From positions 238,514,001 through 238,578,000 of the forward strand of contig OZ024742.1 of assembly GCA_964016885.1 (NCBI GenBank): a stretch of 64,000 nucleotides of DNA, written 5' to 3'. Source of the stretch: Eledone cirrhosa (taxonomy: Eukaryota). The notes under the pieces are model-generated. The model saw only the letters and a program-made list of their open reading frames with translations. It made no database searches and was not told the DNA's origin. Below are positions 11,995 through 25,043 of the stretch, one piece after another. The stretch's first letter is position 1. Each line of letters begins with the position of its first letter. A program made the position numbers and the translations under genes.

Positions 11995-12700
11995 AGTTGG
12001 GTTCAATTTGCATGGCTGGAATGAAAATCAATGCTGCAAAAACTGAGACACTTGTCCTGTGAAGGAAGCCTGTGCAGTGCACTCTACATGTAAATGGAGT
12101 TCCACTGAAGCAGGTTCAAGCAAGTTCAAGCATCTTGGGGTCATGTTCACGAGTTATGGAAGGCAAAAGGCTAAATTAAGTGCAAGAATTGCAGGAGTTG
12201 GTGCAGTAATATGCCAGCTTAAGCATTCAGTTATCAGAAGAGAGGTGGGTATAAAAACCAAACTCGTGATCTCCAATTCAGTATTCGTGCCAACCCTTAC
12301 CTATGCTCATGAATCTTGGGTAACGACAAAGAATGCGATCACGAATACAAGCGGCTGAAATGGGGTTCCTCCAAAGGGTTTTTGTAGTAACATTACTCGA
12401 TAGAGTGCATAGCTTGAAGATCAGAGAGTTACTCCAGATAGAGCCACTAATTCTCCGAATTGAGAGATCACAGCTCTGATACTATGGGCATGTGCTTAGA
12501 ATGTCTTAGGACAGATTTTACAGGCAAAACCAACCAGCAGGAGACCCAGGGTACACCTTAAGCAAGATGTTTGGTTAACATCCATGAGCTTGGCTCATCA
12601 CACTTGAGGATCCAGCCGGATCAGTTAGAGACAGTTGCTTCTGACAGGACCCATGGAAGGAGTGTTTGAGGACTCTTCCCACAATCCTCCCAGGATTATG
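11995..12700 (+). mobile_element. Second RTE-like LINE family, C-terminal fragment (others at ~29160-29485 -, ~57330-57490 -, ~59100-59645 +)
   Basis: GMKINAAKTE, KFKHLGVMF, FVPTLTYAHESW, IERSQL.Y.GHV.RM, R..GRP remnants. Confidence 0.8.
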
Positions 12701-12827
12701 TTGGCAAAGAAGGGTCAATTTGAAACAGATATTACTGCTATTTCTAGGGGCTCCATGTGTGTGTCAACTCCTCATGCTCTGTCCCCAAACATCAATATTA
12801 CAGTGGTGTATTTACTAGCCATTATAA

Positions 12828-13400
12828 TGGCGGTGGATTGGCAGTATCGGTAGAGGGTCGGGCGCCATGCTTTAAGGCATAGAGTTGTGGCCCTTGCCAT
12901 TCTGAGTTCAAATCCCGCCGAGGTTAACTTTGCCTTTCATCCTTATGGGGTCGATAAAATAAAATACCAGTAATACACTGGGTATTTGCTGGCCTTGTGC
13001 CAAAAAGGTAGAAACAATTATAATTATGAGGGTCGGATGCCATGCTTTGCAGAGTTACGGCCCTTTATAGTCTGAGTTCAAATCCCGCCGAGGTTAACTT
13101 TGTCTTTCATCCTTATGGGGTCGATAAAATAAAGTACCAGTAATACACTGAGATAATTGCTGGCCTTGTGCCAATAGTAGAAACAATTATAATTATGTTC
13201 TTAAGGTGGTGAATTGGCAGTATCGGTAGAAGGTTGGCTGCCATGCTTTACAGCATAGAGTTATGCCCCTTTACAGACAGTTCAAATCCCACCTAGATTA
13301 ACTTTGCCTTTCATCCTTATGGGGTCGATAAAATAAAGTACCAGTAATGCACTGGTATAATTGCTGGCCTTGTGCCTAAAGTAGAAACAATTATAATTAT
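12828..13400 (+). mobile_element. Three head-to-tail copies of a ~190-bp tRNA-derived SINE
   Basis: A box TGGCAGTATCGG (missing in the truncated middle copy), B box GAGTTCAAATCC, body aactttgcctttcatccttatggggtcgataaaataaagtaccag, tail gtagaaacaattat. Confidence 0.85.
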
Positions 13401-13519
13401 GTTCTCATTGATCTCCCACAAATCATCTATATAATACACACTTGTATGGATCCTCTAAAAGGTCACTCAACTTGCTAGAAATAGCAGCCAAATCTTCAAA
13501 TCACACCCTCTTGTAATAA

Positions 13520-13770
13520 TAATAATAATGAAATTATTGTGTACAGTGCTCAGGTGCACTACAACTCATCAAAGGTGCATGTATAGTACATAGAATAATG
13601 TACAAATGTCAGGAAAATGAACAGTGTACGAGTCATGATATAATAACAATAACAATAATGAAATATTGTGTACAGTGCCCAGGTGCACCACAACTCATCA
13701 AAAAAGTGCATGTACAGTACATAGGGCAATGCACAAACATCAGTAAAATGAACAGTGCACGAGTCATGAT
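13520..13770. repeat. ~130-bp tandem duplication
   Basis: aataatgaaat(t)attgtgtacagtgc...gaacagtg.acgagtcatgata occurs twice. Confidence 0.85.
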
Positions 13771-13899
13771 ACACACATATATAAAAAGGCTATATTGGAT
13801 AATGTAGTCCTAAAGACAGTCACTATCATCATCATCATCGTTTTTACAGTTGCTTTCAATGCTGGCAGAATGTAAAAGGTTTGCACATGTGGTGCGACT

Positions 13900-14330
13900 T
13901 GATAACCAGAGATGTGAGCAGTTTAAGATTGCAGGAAGAGTACTAGAGAGATTCCAGATGTCGTCGGGAAGAAGTATGTATGGAATAATAACCATACAAT
14001 TGCCCTTTCAGACACTGTAAAGAAAAGGTATGGAAGAGCCATGAGAGGTTGTTGAATGAGAATAATGTATGGGAAACATGATTTGCCCAATGTAGACCCA
14101 ACAGAAGGACCAGCCAACCAAATTGACAGAAGTGCAGCCAAACAATTTTAAAACTGGGAAGGCAGCTATACAATCCAATATAGTTACTGTGATGTGGAAA
14201 ATATCTGGCAAGGTAGTTTGTGTGTTAGTCACATGTAGAGTCAATCAGTTAGTTTTTCCGGGTGTCATAGCAAATATCTGGTGTTTCAGAATTATCAACT
14301 GCTACAAGAGACAAAAAATATATACTAGAG
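13900..14330 (+). mobile_element. Old degraded RTE ORF fragment
   Basis: Remnants such as KKKVWKSHERLLNENNVWE and IINCYK, colinear with the N-terminal part of ORF 2672-4477. Confidence 0.7.
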
Positions 14331-15489
14331 TGAGGCACTTACAGAGACATTATGATGAAGGGTCAGCCAAGCCATGAAACATAAGAAATCTCTTCTCTCC
14401 ATGGCATGCAAATATTACAAAATAATTTTATTAATGCAAATACACCCACCTCAAGTTTCTTTGAATTCTGATTGTTCTTAGATATGTAAATACACCAATA
14501 GGTGAAGGCACATGGTTTAGTGGTTAGGATATTTGGCTCACAATAGTAAGGTCACGAGTTTGATTTCCAGCAGCGTATTATGTCCTTGAGCAAGACACTT
14601 TATTTCATGTTGCTTCTGTCCACTCACTTAGCAAAAAGGAGCTGTAGCTATTATTCAAAGGACGAGCTTTGTCACACAGTGTCATGATAACTCCTTGAGA
14701 ACTCTATGTTAAGGATACACACATCAGTGAAATGCTGACCAACTTGCAATTTAATTTCACAAGGTGGCTGTTCCATTGTTCGAAAAACTAGATCACTCAT
14801 TGCCAGAATTGCCAGAGGTACAACACATCACCAATAGATTGGTTAACCACTGCAGGATTTCAACTTGCAAAACAAAGGACTGGAACAAATACTTCACTCT
14901 AATAATTTTGCCAGTCAACTCATGACTCTAGATTAGTAATTTATTTATCAACATAGAAAGGACAAATAGATGACAAAGTCGACATCTTGAACTCAGAACA
15001 GAGCTGAAATAAATACAAGACATTTTGTCAGTCAGTAACATTTCTGCCAATTCACTGTTGATTAATTTGACCCAGTATATTACCAATACTAGTAAAAACA
15101 CTAGAGAAAAGCATTTTTCAGTATATTTTATTCTTTAATCTTTTTGATACCAAACAACCTGAAACCATCCTTGTTTCTACAATACAAAGCTGTATATCTT
15201 AAAGTGTTTATATTTATCAAAAAACATTCCATCATAATTTTATTTAAGAAACTTGTGAAGTTATGCTCCACACACTATATTAATTATGAGAAACTTATTT
15301 ATATCAGTAAATGTAAATGCCTGATTATTTACAAAATTATTTGAAAACCATGGATAGTATCTTTCATTGGAAACATGATAATAGAATTGTGAATGTGTTA
15401 AATTGCTGAAAAAAAAAAAAAAAAAAAAAAAAATTATCCATCATAATTATATGTAAGAAACTATAAAACATTCCAAACACAAATGGATA

Positions 15490-15700
15490 CATCTCACAAA
15501 TCCTTGTCTTACAATCACAGAGTCAATAATATGCCAATATGAATGCGAGTGCATCCAAGTCCCCTTGTATTTGTTCTTCTGTCTGAACCATATCTTTCCT
15601 ATGACAAGATCAAATTCCTGACTCATCTGCAACAGACGTCCATTGATATTACACTCTCTCATTCCATGACAATCTATGCTGCTCCATGTAGTAGAGTCAC
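15490..15700 (-). mobile_element. RTE/BovB-like AP-endonuclease fragment
   Basis: NGRLLQMSQEFDLVI..WFRQKNKYKGTWMH...WHIIDSVIVRQ. Confidence 0.65.
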
Positions 15701-16790
15701 ATTTAGCTCAAGCATTCAAATCACTTAACACTAAAAGTTTGTCACCTCTACATACATTTTTCAAGACTATTTGCAGATCTGCATAAAATTCATCTATTCT
15801 TGGGGACTAACAAAAGTTGGAGTGTACACACTGACCAAAGTCATAAAAGAGTTAAAATAGAGCAACGACCTGTGTCATAATCCAATCGGAGATACTATGC
15901 AGAAGCTCTGTCAGATGTTGCACCACGGAAGTTGTTAGAGCAAATGTCTCCAGCTTCATAATGTGCATTTTCTGGCTGACCTTTGTAGAATAATGCGTAC
16001 CCTGAGTCTGGTTCCTCTAGCTGACCATCCTCAGGTAACTGTGTTTCAGAGAGAGCAACAATATCCAGTTAATACTAATTGAACTCTTTACAGATTAAAG
16101 CAGTTTGACATTCAGGATGATTTGAGCCTGATAAATCCAATAGCATGTACACATTCCACAATGTATTTTTCAAAGATATCATTGAAGATATATTGTGTAT
16201 TGATTGTCTTAGTCATTACATTTTCATTACAAGTATATTTCCCACAGAAGTGAAAGCTGCCAACCAACCACGGGTTCCTGGCCAGCTTTATTTAAAGCAC
16301 CTTCTCTAGGTCCCTCCGGGCTAGCAGGTGAGCAGTGCTATCGGTGGAAAGGGCAGCTCAGTCACTTAGGGTGCTGCCAAGTCATATCATTGCCTATATT
16401 TCGAAACAGAATTACCAATATCCCAAGTTGCCTTTGAGTGCATTCGCTATGTATTTCCAGTTTGTTAAGCCTGTACACATCACAGCTCGCTCCATTACCA
16501 CAAGTCTTTTGAATAAAACGGGTTATCCGTTCAGGGTCTAAGAAGTTCCTGTGCGTGACTGATTATAGTAGATGTGGCTTGCACAGAACCATACTGACTT
16601 TTCAGGAAAAACCAGCAGAAAGAGCCAATGGCCCAACATAGGTTGGGACGACCAGCAACTGATTCATCATCATTTTACATCCGCTTTTCCCTGCTTGCAA
16701 GGGTGGGACGGGTCCTATTCAGCACAGCATCTCTCCACCGTGAGCTTCAGCGATCTGAGGTCTGCTCTCACCTTATAAATTTATAATACA

Positions 16791-17508
16791 CTAGCAGTGG
16801 TACCTGGCGTTGCACGGGATAAGGTATTTTGGAACGCAGGCCGCCAATAGACCTAATCGTGGAAAAACTGCATGCGTGGACAATATGTAAAGAAAATAAA
16901 CCGAATACTCTGATGGCTGGATAATCTAAGATTTTCCTCGATGAAGCAGGAAAAATACAGGTTTTCACCTAATGCGGGCCCTAGGGGATCAAGAAAATGA
17001 ATTTTTTTTATGTGCATAATAAGCCTTGAAATTTCGGGAAAATCGGCTAGACGTAACACCTCCAAAAAAACTGAAAAAAATGCAGTTTTTCAACTAATGC
17101 GGGCCCTAGGGGATCAAAAGGTTGAATTTTTTTTTATGTGCATAACACTCCCTGAAACAAGTAATACACATGTAAAGTTTGAAAAAAGTCGGATGGGTAC
17201 TTCAAGTTTTAGGGATTCAAACTCAAACACACACACAGACATCCTCAGGGAAGTGACGTAATGCAGACAGTCAAAGATGTATGTATCTATCTAAAAAGAG
17301 AAAGACTAAGAATTATAGAGAGAGATCGCTAAATCGCCTAATGCGGTCCCTAGGGCATTGAAAATTTGAAATATTTTTTCCTCAGAACACTCCCTGAAAC
17401 ATAAGTATTACATGTGTAAAGTTTGAAAACAGTCGGTTGGGTGGTTGAGGTTTACGGATTCAAACTCACACACAGACAGACATCCTCAGTTTTATATATA
17501 TATATAGA
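16791..17508 (-). mobile_element. Non-autonomous Helitron (family B), uninterrupted, 718 bp
   Basis: TC...hairpin-CTAG termini between A and T with no TSD; internal ctaatgcgg.ccctaggg subrepeats x3. Confidence 0.85.
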
Positions 17509-18044
17509 TAAGCACTTGTAAGGTGGTTGGTGTTAGAAAGGGCAACCAGCTATAGAAAAAAAACTGCAATGTATGAGCAAGACATGACCACCTGTCAAAC
17601 CCATTTAAGCATGGAAAATGGACATTAAATATTGATATATACATGGGACAGATTCATGTAAAAGTATATGCACATTCTTCCACTCTTAATTATACAAATA
17701 TTTAGATTAATTAAATACAAGATTAAAATAAGAAACATTTCACAAATAATTTCAAAAACAAAACCCCCACCACCTCCAAAAAAGTCATGTCAGGTGTTTA
17801 TGAAATTATCTGAAAATACATTTTTTTAATAAGCTATAAAATTACAAGCAGAAAAAGAAAGGGAATAAGTAAGCTTTTAAATTTAAGTATTTTATTTTAT
17901 TTTTTATTTATATTTATATATAAACATAAAGCTAAATGACAGCAGTTCTGAACAATGGTAAACCTGGCGATCGGTAAATTAAATAAGAATGCAACAGACA
18001 TGACAATATACAGGAAAAACATTTATGAAGAGAAATATTTTTTG

Positions 18045-18076
<32 letters not shown>

Positions 18077-18455
18077 AAATAAATCTTACATTTTAGATTT
18101 TATTTGATTATATAACTATATAACTGAATGAATGAGATACAGAAATTGAGACTTTTTGGTAAGCCACAATTTTTATATACATGGACTATTTTAATGAATT
18201 ATATATATATATATATATATATAAATACATACATACATACATATATATATATATAAATGAATGGTTGTTGGTATTATGTTGATCAGTACAAAGTCAAATT
18301 GGTAATAATTACATATGAATACATTATTTTAGTCACTAACTCGTGACTTGGATAAAGAAATGTTCAAGAAAATCTCTTTTTTTTAAATCCCTGGGATAGC
18401 AACAGGACAGGTGGATTTTAGAGCTAACCAGTTCTCCCAGCAGTTGGTTTGGTTG

Positions 18456-18500
<45 letters not shown>

Positions 18501-18911
18501 CTAGATAACATTTTTTTTTTATTTTTAATTTTTTTTAATAAGCAGCATAATGAGGGTTTCATATTTGTTTTTTTTTTCTTTTTTTCTTTTCTTTCTTTTT
18601 ATTTCAGAAAACTAAGCTGTAATAACATATATGAAAATGAAGAGAGGAAGAGAAGGGTCAGAACTCTTCCTCTTAAGACAGAAATGATGGAGGAATGGTG
18701 ATAAAAACAAGTCAGACATTTCTAGAACAAAGTAATGGAAAATAAAATTTATAAACTGGATGAAGTGATGATGAAAACTAATTTAACAAATCCATTAAGA
18801 GCCATATTATGGAGGCAGCTATGATGTACAATATTTGATTGTATGTGTGTGTGTGAGTGTATTGGTACTTAACTTTCAAGTTACAGCTGATTAAACTACC
18901 ATGGAATGTTG

Positions 18912-18942
<31 letters not shown>

Positions 18943-21679
18943 TAGAATTCCCGCCATTGTTTTTAAATATACAGATATGACATGTAAAATAAAGTGCAAG
19001 TAGATGTACATAGACAGAATACTATTCTTTTCTTTTTTCCTCTTAAAATTTTAAAGCTGATTTATATATATATGAATATGTGTGTATGTATGTATATATA
19101 TATATATAGTGCTGGTGCCACAAAGAAAATGCTCCTAGTACATGCTGTAAAGTGGTTGGCATTAGGAAGAGCACCCAGCCATAGAAACCATGACCTAGTC
19201 CCCTGACCAGTTCAGCTGCAGCACTACAGCTATCTAACACATGTATGCATGGAGAAGAGATGTTAAACAGTGATGATGATATATGAAATAAATGGTTAAG
19301 ATGTTTTATAGTAAATTTAAATGATGCATCTATACACAAGAAATATGATGGGGGAATAAAAAATTGTTAGAACCGCCAAAGGGAATCAAACTACGTATCT
19401 GTTGTATACTGGACAATTGCATAGAACACTACACTAAGACGGCCTGACAGATTTTCAACATCAAATTTAGCCTATGTAAATGTCTTTAATGAATAAACTG
19501 CAATTGTTTACCTCCTGTCATGTCATGTCATGACTATAGCTGGTAAGGAGAGCAGTCAGCTAAGTGATAAAAAAAGAAAAAAAAAGTGTTTTGTTTTGTC
19601 CATCTTACATTGTTTTCTGGATTTTATAAACAGTTACATTGCTGTTGTGAGTTTATTTTTGTTTATTTTGTAGGGTTTTGTTTTATTGTTACTTAATATT
19701 TTTCTTTTAACTCAATGAATCTCAATTAGATTTTATTTTTTCCCACATGAAAGAAGGTGAAGATTATATAAGAGATGATTTTTTTTTCATGAAATTTGAG
19801 CACAAATGTTTTGTTAACAAAGCACTGATGAATGAAAAACAAAAAATTAAAATCAAATAAATATTAGGAAAAGTAGGTTTAAAAAAATAAATAACATACA
19901 TTTGGACCCATTGACTAATTTTTTCTTCAAAAACAAACTTTTTATGAAGTTTATCTGAAATAATATCATTAATGAAAAATTAATGTTAATTTTGTTGTGT
20001 CACACACACACACACACACTATCTCTTTATCTCTTGTTTGTTAACACTGAAACTAATTACCAATAATATATACACACATTTTTTTTTTTTAATCAGAATA
20101 GTGAGATACACTTCTAAAACATTTGTTAAATGTTCAATTGATAAATTTCATTTTTATTTTTTTTAAATTTATATTTATTCAATTTCTAAAATGTTGATAA
20201 CCCACCTGAAATTGCCCCTGGTTCTATCTTACAAAACTACCCATTTTAAAATGTTCATACTTAAATAAAATTATGATTGAAAGTTTTAATATAAGAAATT
20301 TTTGTTGAATAATATTATAAACATCAGCTTAATGAAAGAGTTATTTTATTAAATTCCTCAAACTTTTGACTTATTTTCAAAATGAATTGAAACGTATAGG
20401 CAGTATCGTTTCTTAGAAATAGATACACGAGGGTTAGCTAACATGAAAGTATTGCATGAAAGTTGTAAATTATTTCTATAAGATATATTCTACCAGTATT
20501 GAGTGAATACAAAACAGATTTTGAAAAAAAATACAATTGGAGTTCTACTTGTATAGTAAGTGACTTGATTTGAGACTGCATGTTGAACCTAAAGCAATTA
20601 CATTATGGAAGAGTAATTTTAGCCATTTAAAAATGCAAAAAACTTAAATTTATTTTACATTTATTACTCGATGTCAAAATTCTGACATCAAGAAATAATG
20701 ATAAATTTAAAATAAACAGTTTTTGGGTGATTAAAATGACACTTCTACAATGTAATTGCTAAAATAAAAATTTTATCTAATGAAAATACTGATCAGAATT
20801 TACAAATATTTTAAATTTTAATCATAATGAAAAAACAGGTGGGTGTGTCTTAATAATTATAGAAATTTATAAACTCTATTGGATAATTAGTGGAATTATC
20901 TAACTAATGAGCTTAAATCTATAATCAGTATCAATTCCTAACATTGTTTGGGATTTACTTTCAATAAGAATTAAATATTAATTATTCTAATTATGTTAAT
21001 TTTATTGAGGCAGAGACCATCTGAGTGGCAACCTGACCTGATAGAAGTAGCAGCCAAATCTCCCTAAACAAGACATAACACATTAGATAATATAGCATGC
21101 TATGCCTGGAAATAAAATAGGATGATTGAGGCAATCTCTGTGGCAACCTGGCCCGTTAGAAACAGTGGCAGCAGCCAAATCTCCTTCAAATCACTTGACA
21201 AGGCAGTCAAAGCATATTGGATAGTCTTATATAGACTATGTCAAGACATAAAGCTAGTCAGATTGATCAGAGACCTGAGGTTAAACACCACCATTACTTC
21301 TGAGTATTTTAAGAAGTTGCTCATTTTATTTTTTTAATTCTTTTTTTTTCAAACTTCATCTCAGAATTGTTTTACTTTTATTATTATTAACAACGGATTT
21401 CTCTTTTTTATTATTTTCACAATATATTGATAGAAATATATAAAATATATTTTGGTAATGACTCAAAATGTGAATGTTTCAACTGCAATACTTAGGAAAT
21501 GAAGAAACAAAACAATCCCAAATTTGGTTATTTTGCCTTTGGCACTTTTGAGGAATGCTTGAGAGCCAGTCTAAATTTCTAACATAACTCAATTTAAAAC
21601 ACATTAGCTCTTAACATTCTTTAATGATTTGACAAAAAAATATTGAAAAATGATTGTTAATTCAAATGTTTATAGTATC

Positions 21680-21950
21680 TGTACTAATGGACAGATTGTT
21701 GTAAACATTTGCACTATTAGAGTAAAACTAATTTTTAGTGTGATGCAGTTATAGTTGTTTTTTTTTCTTTTTACTTTTCAAGAATGTCTTGCTAATGAGT
21801 GTCTTCATGAGGTTTAATTAAAATGGTTATATTATCTTTACTAGTGGATAGATTGTTGTGAAAATGTGCAGTATTAGAGTAATTTTTAATATGATGCAAT
21901 CAAGTGTTATTTTGTACATTTCAAGAATGTTTTGTTAATGCAGTTTCATA
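21680..21950. repeat. Diverged ~155-bp tandem duplication
   Basis: tacta.tgga.agattgttgt...tattagagtaa...tttcaagaatgt occurs twice. Confidence 0.7.
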
Positions 21951-22249
21951 TGGTACAGAACATTAATTCCAGAAAGAAAAAGGGGATAACAGGAAAAAAT
22001 ATGTAAGTAAAGAAATTCAATCAATTTTCGTTCATAGAAAGTGTTTTTTTTTCCCTATTTTTGCAAATTGGAAGTATATATATAGAGATCCTATATAAAA
22101 TGATTGCAAAATAGATGATGGTGATAGTAAAGGTGACATGGTGGAGTAGACGCAGTGCTGTTCATTTAGATATGAATAACAACCTATTACAGCTAAAGCA
22201 TTGTTTTTAATTTATGGGAGCAAATGGGAAAAAAAAAAAAGAAAATGAA

Positions 22250-22520
22250 ATTTACAGCTCACACCTATACAAGGTATAACTGGGCTCCTATGATGATTTC
22301 TTTTCATGTTTTAATGATAGAGACCCATAGTCCTATAATGTTACAGCTCACACCTATACATGGTTTAGTTGGCCTGCTGAGGTTTCATGGATATTACAAT
22401 GATAGGGGTCCCAGTCTTATTTATGTTGTCAGAGCTCACACCTATGCAGGTTTAACTGATCTCATATGAGGTTACATATAGGTTTCTTGGGTGATTGCTT
22501 ATAGGGAGTCCCAGACCTAT
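22250..22520. repeat. Diverged ~90-bp tandem repeat x3
   Basis: agctcacacctat anchor near 22256, 22345 and 22433. Confidence 0.7.
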
Positions 22521-22938
22521 CATGAAAAGCAGCGTGAGAATGAAGTGTCTTACGCAAGAACTGCACACAGTGCCTGGTCCAGGAATCAAGCTCACCACAA
22601 CATTATGAACAAGAGTTCAACACCCTAACCACTAGGCTATATGCCTTCATGGGGGAACAAATGGAAAAAGAAAATAAGAGGAATATATATTTCTTTTAAA
22701 CATCCAAACAGATGAAGATGTGTGTGTATTTACATATATGTGTGTGTGTGTGTGTGTGTATGTTACTGTTCTATTATATGGAACATAGGCAGTCTAAGAT
22801 GGCAAATACAGTTACATTAGAAGATGGCAGCAGAAGAGTAGACTCCATTCCTGTTTAAACTGCATGCAGTCTAAAGCTGTAGGAATTTGTTTTCACAGGT
22901 GTATGTGTGTGTGTGTGGTGTGTGTGCGTAAATGTATA

Positions 22939-23463
22939 CGAGGGGGCTTCAAAACGTTTGTGGAAAAAGTACATAGTTAAAAATCAAATGCAGGGAGTTT
23001 GATTTCAATGCACCTGTATGTTCTTATACTAATGTGTCATTCACGTTCTAATATGAACCTTTAAATGTATGTTACAATGTGGCAGCGCCAGTCGAAAGTC
23101 AGCACTCACTTGAGCAACATGGCCTCCATCAATTCATCAAATTCATGGTGAAGCTAGGATGGAAGAGCAGCCAAATCATTGATGTTCTGGAGCAAGTTTA
23201 TGGAGACAATGCCCCAAAGAAATCAACAACCTACAAATGGATAAGTCGTTTTAAAAGTGGAAGAGATGAGGTTGAAGATGATCCCCAATTGAAGATGTAA
23301 AAAAAGTTGCTTTGACATGGTTTAAATCGCATGGCCCTCAGCTGGTATCAACGCTTGCAGAAGTGTATTGACCTAGATGGAGCATATGTTGAAAAATAAA
23401 CAACATAACTTAAACAGTTTTTTCCAACTGTCCTTTTTCCACAAACTTTTTGAAGCACACCCG
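22939..23463 (+). mobile_element. Internally deleted mariner element
   Basis: TA flanks; ~31-bp imperfect TIR cgagggggcttcaaaacgtttgtggaaaaag; HTH remnant IKFMVKLG...VYGDNAPKKSTTYKWISRFKSGRDEVEDDP and C-terminal QRLQKCIDLDGAYVEK*. Confidence 0.9.
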
Positions 23464-24909
23464 TATATATATATATATATCATTTTACGTCCGCTTTTCC
23501 CTGCTTGCAAGGGTGGGACGGGTCTTATTCAGCACAGCATCTCTCCACTTGTCACAGTCCTTCATCATATATATATATATATACAGGCACACACACACAC
23601 AGATATATATATATATATATACATACACACACAAACATACATACACAGGCAAACTTTTATAATGGATGCACTTAGAAAATATATTTAACATTACAGACTA
23701 TAATGTATATATAGAGAACATTAATAAAGAGTTAATCTTCAATGGCTGTCCTGACTCCATAAGCATCAAACTTAAATATAACAGGGTATTTCTGATCGAT
23801 TAGTCAAAATCTATAAAACTGTTGATGTCTTACAGACACCGCTTTAGGAGCAACAGCCCCTCTAATCTGTGTAGTCTCTGTATTGGGGCTACACACATCA
23901 AAATGTTGCCAGTCAGTAGCTTTGAATTTAAAATATTTATGCTCAAAGCATCAAAGTTCCATGGATGGAGATCTCTCATCACCCAATGCTCCATAGGGAA
24001 CAAAAGAGGCAGAAGAAGCCACTGATGGACAAATATTAAAATCTTTTCAGAAATTACTGACAACTTTAGTTCAAGAAAAAAAATCTACTGCATACACACA
24101 ATATCATTTCCAACAAAATCCTACAGTAGATCTATCAAACAACAAAGATTGTTGTAAAAGCTTTTTACATAATTATATTTCAATAAACCAGACAGTAATT
24201 TAACCCTTTCATGACTAAACTACCACTGGTGCCAGGATGCTAAACTCTTTATTTAAATGTGTATATATTTATCTAAAAAAATTCTATCAATACTTTATGT
24301 TAAGTTATGCTCTAAACACCAGCTTAACCCTTTTGATACCAAACCCACTGAAACCACCCCTGTTTCTAAGTTACAAAGCTGTATATTTTAAAGTTTATAT
24401 CTGTCGTAATAGTCAATGATGAGGACATTTACTAAATATTACTAAATTCTCCCAAAATGATTTGAAAATACATGAGCAATATCTTTCATTTGAAATATGG
24501 TAAAAAAAAAATTAGATTCCATAAGACCGCAATAAAAAAAATCTGATGCTTATGTAAATAATCAGATTGAAGTGGATATAAAAGATTAACTTTTTATGAT
24601 GTTTTCTTTCAAACAAAAAATAATGATCTATTAAAAATTACATTTTCATCAATCTCAAGAGATTCAAAGTTGCAAGTTTGTATGTATACTAATTTACAAA
24701 ACCCCTCAAACTCCATGGTATTTCACCTTGTTATGGCTTGTTTTTCTTAATGGAAAAGTATAAATACCAAATAAAAGTAAGAGGGGAGAGAAAAAATACA
24801 GTTCAAGAAATCTCCACAGTCTCTTTATTATTTTTTGTTTTGTTTTGTTGTTTGTTGATGAAAGACACATGGTAGTGAGCTCCTGCTTACTACCCCAGTG
24901 GTAGGGAGA

Positions 24910-25043
24910 TCATAAGAGCACGGGCATACTGAGGTGCACGTTTTCATTGACACTGTTGTCTGGAGTTTCTGTGTATGTGTGAGCAGAGTCTTGAGATAAG
25001 ACATTACACAAGGATTTCAAACAATTGCCAGGAATTAAACTTC
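24910..25043 (-). CDS. SBNO1: SBNO last coding exon
   Basis: tag acceptor; [19 protein letters not shown]...MPVLL then TGA. Confidence 0.85.
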
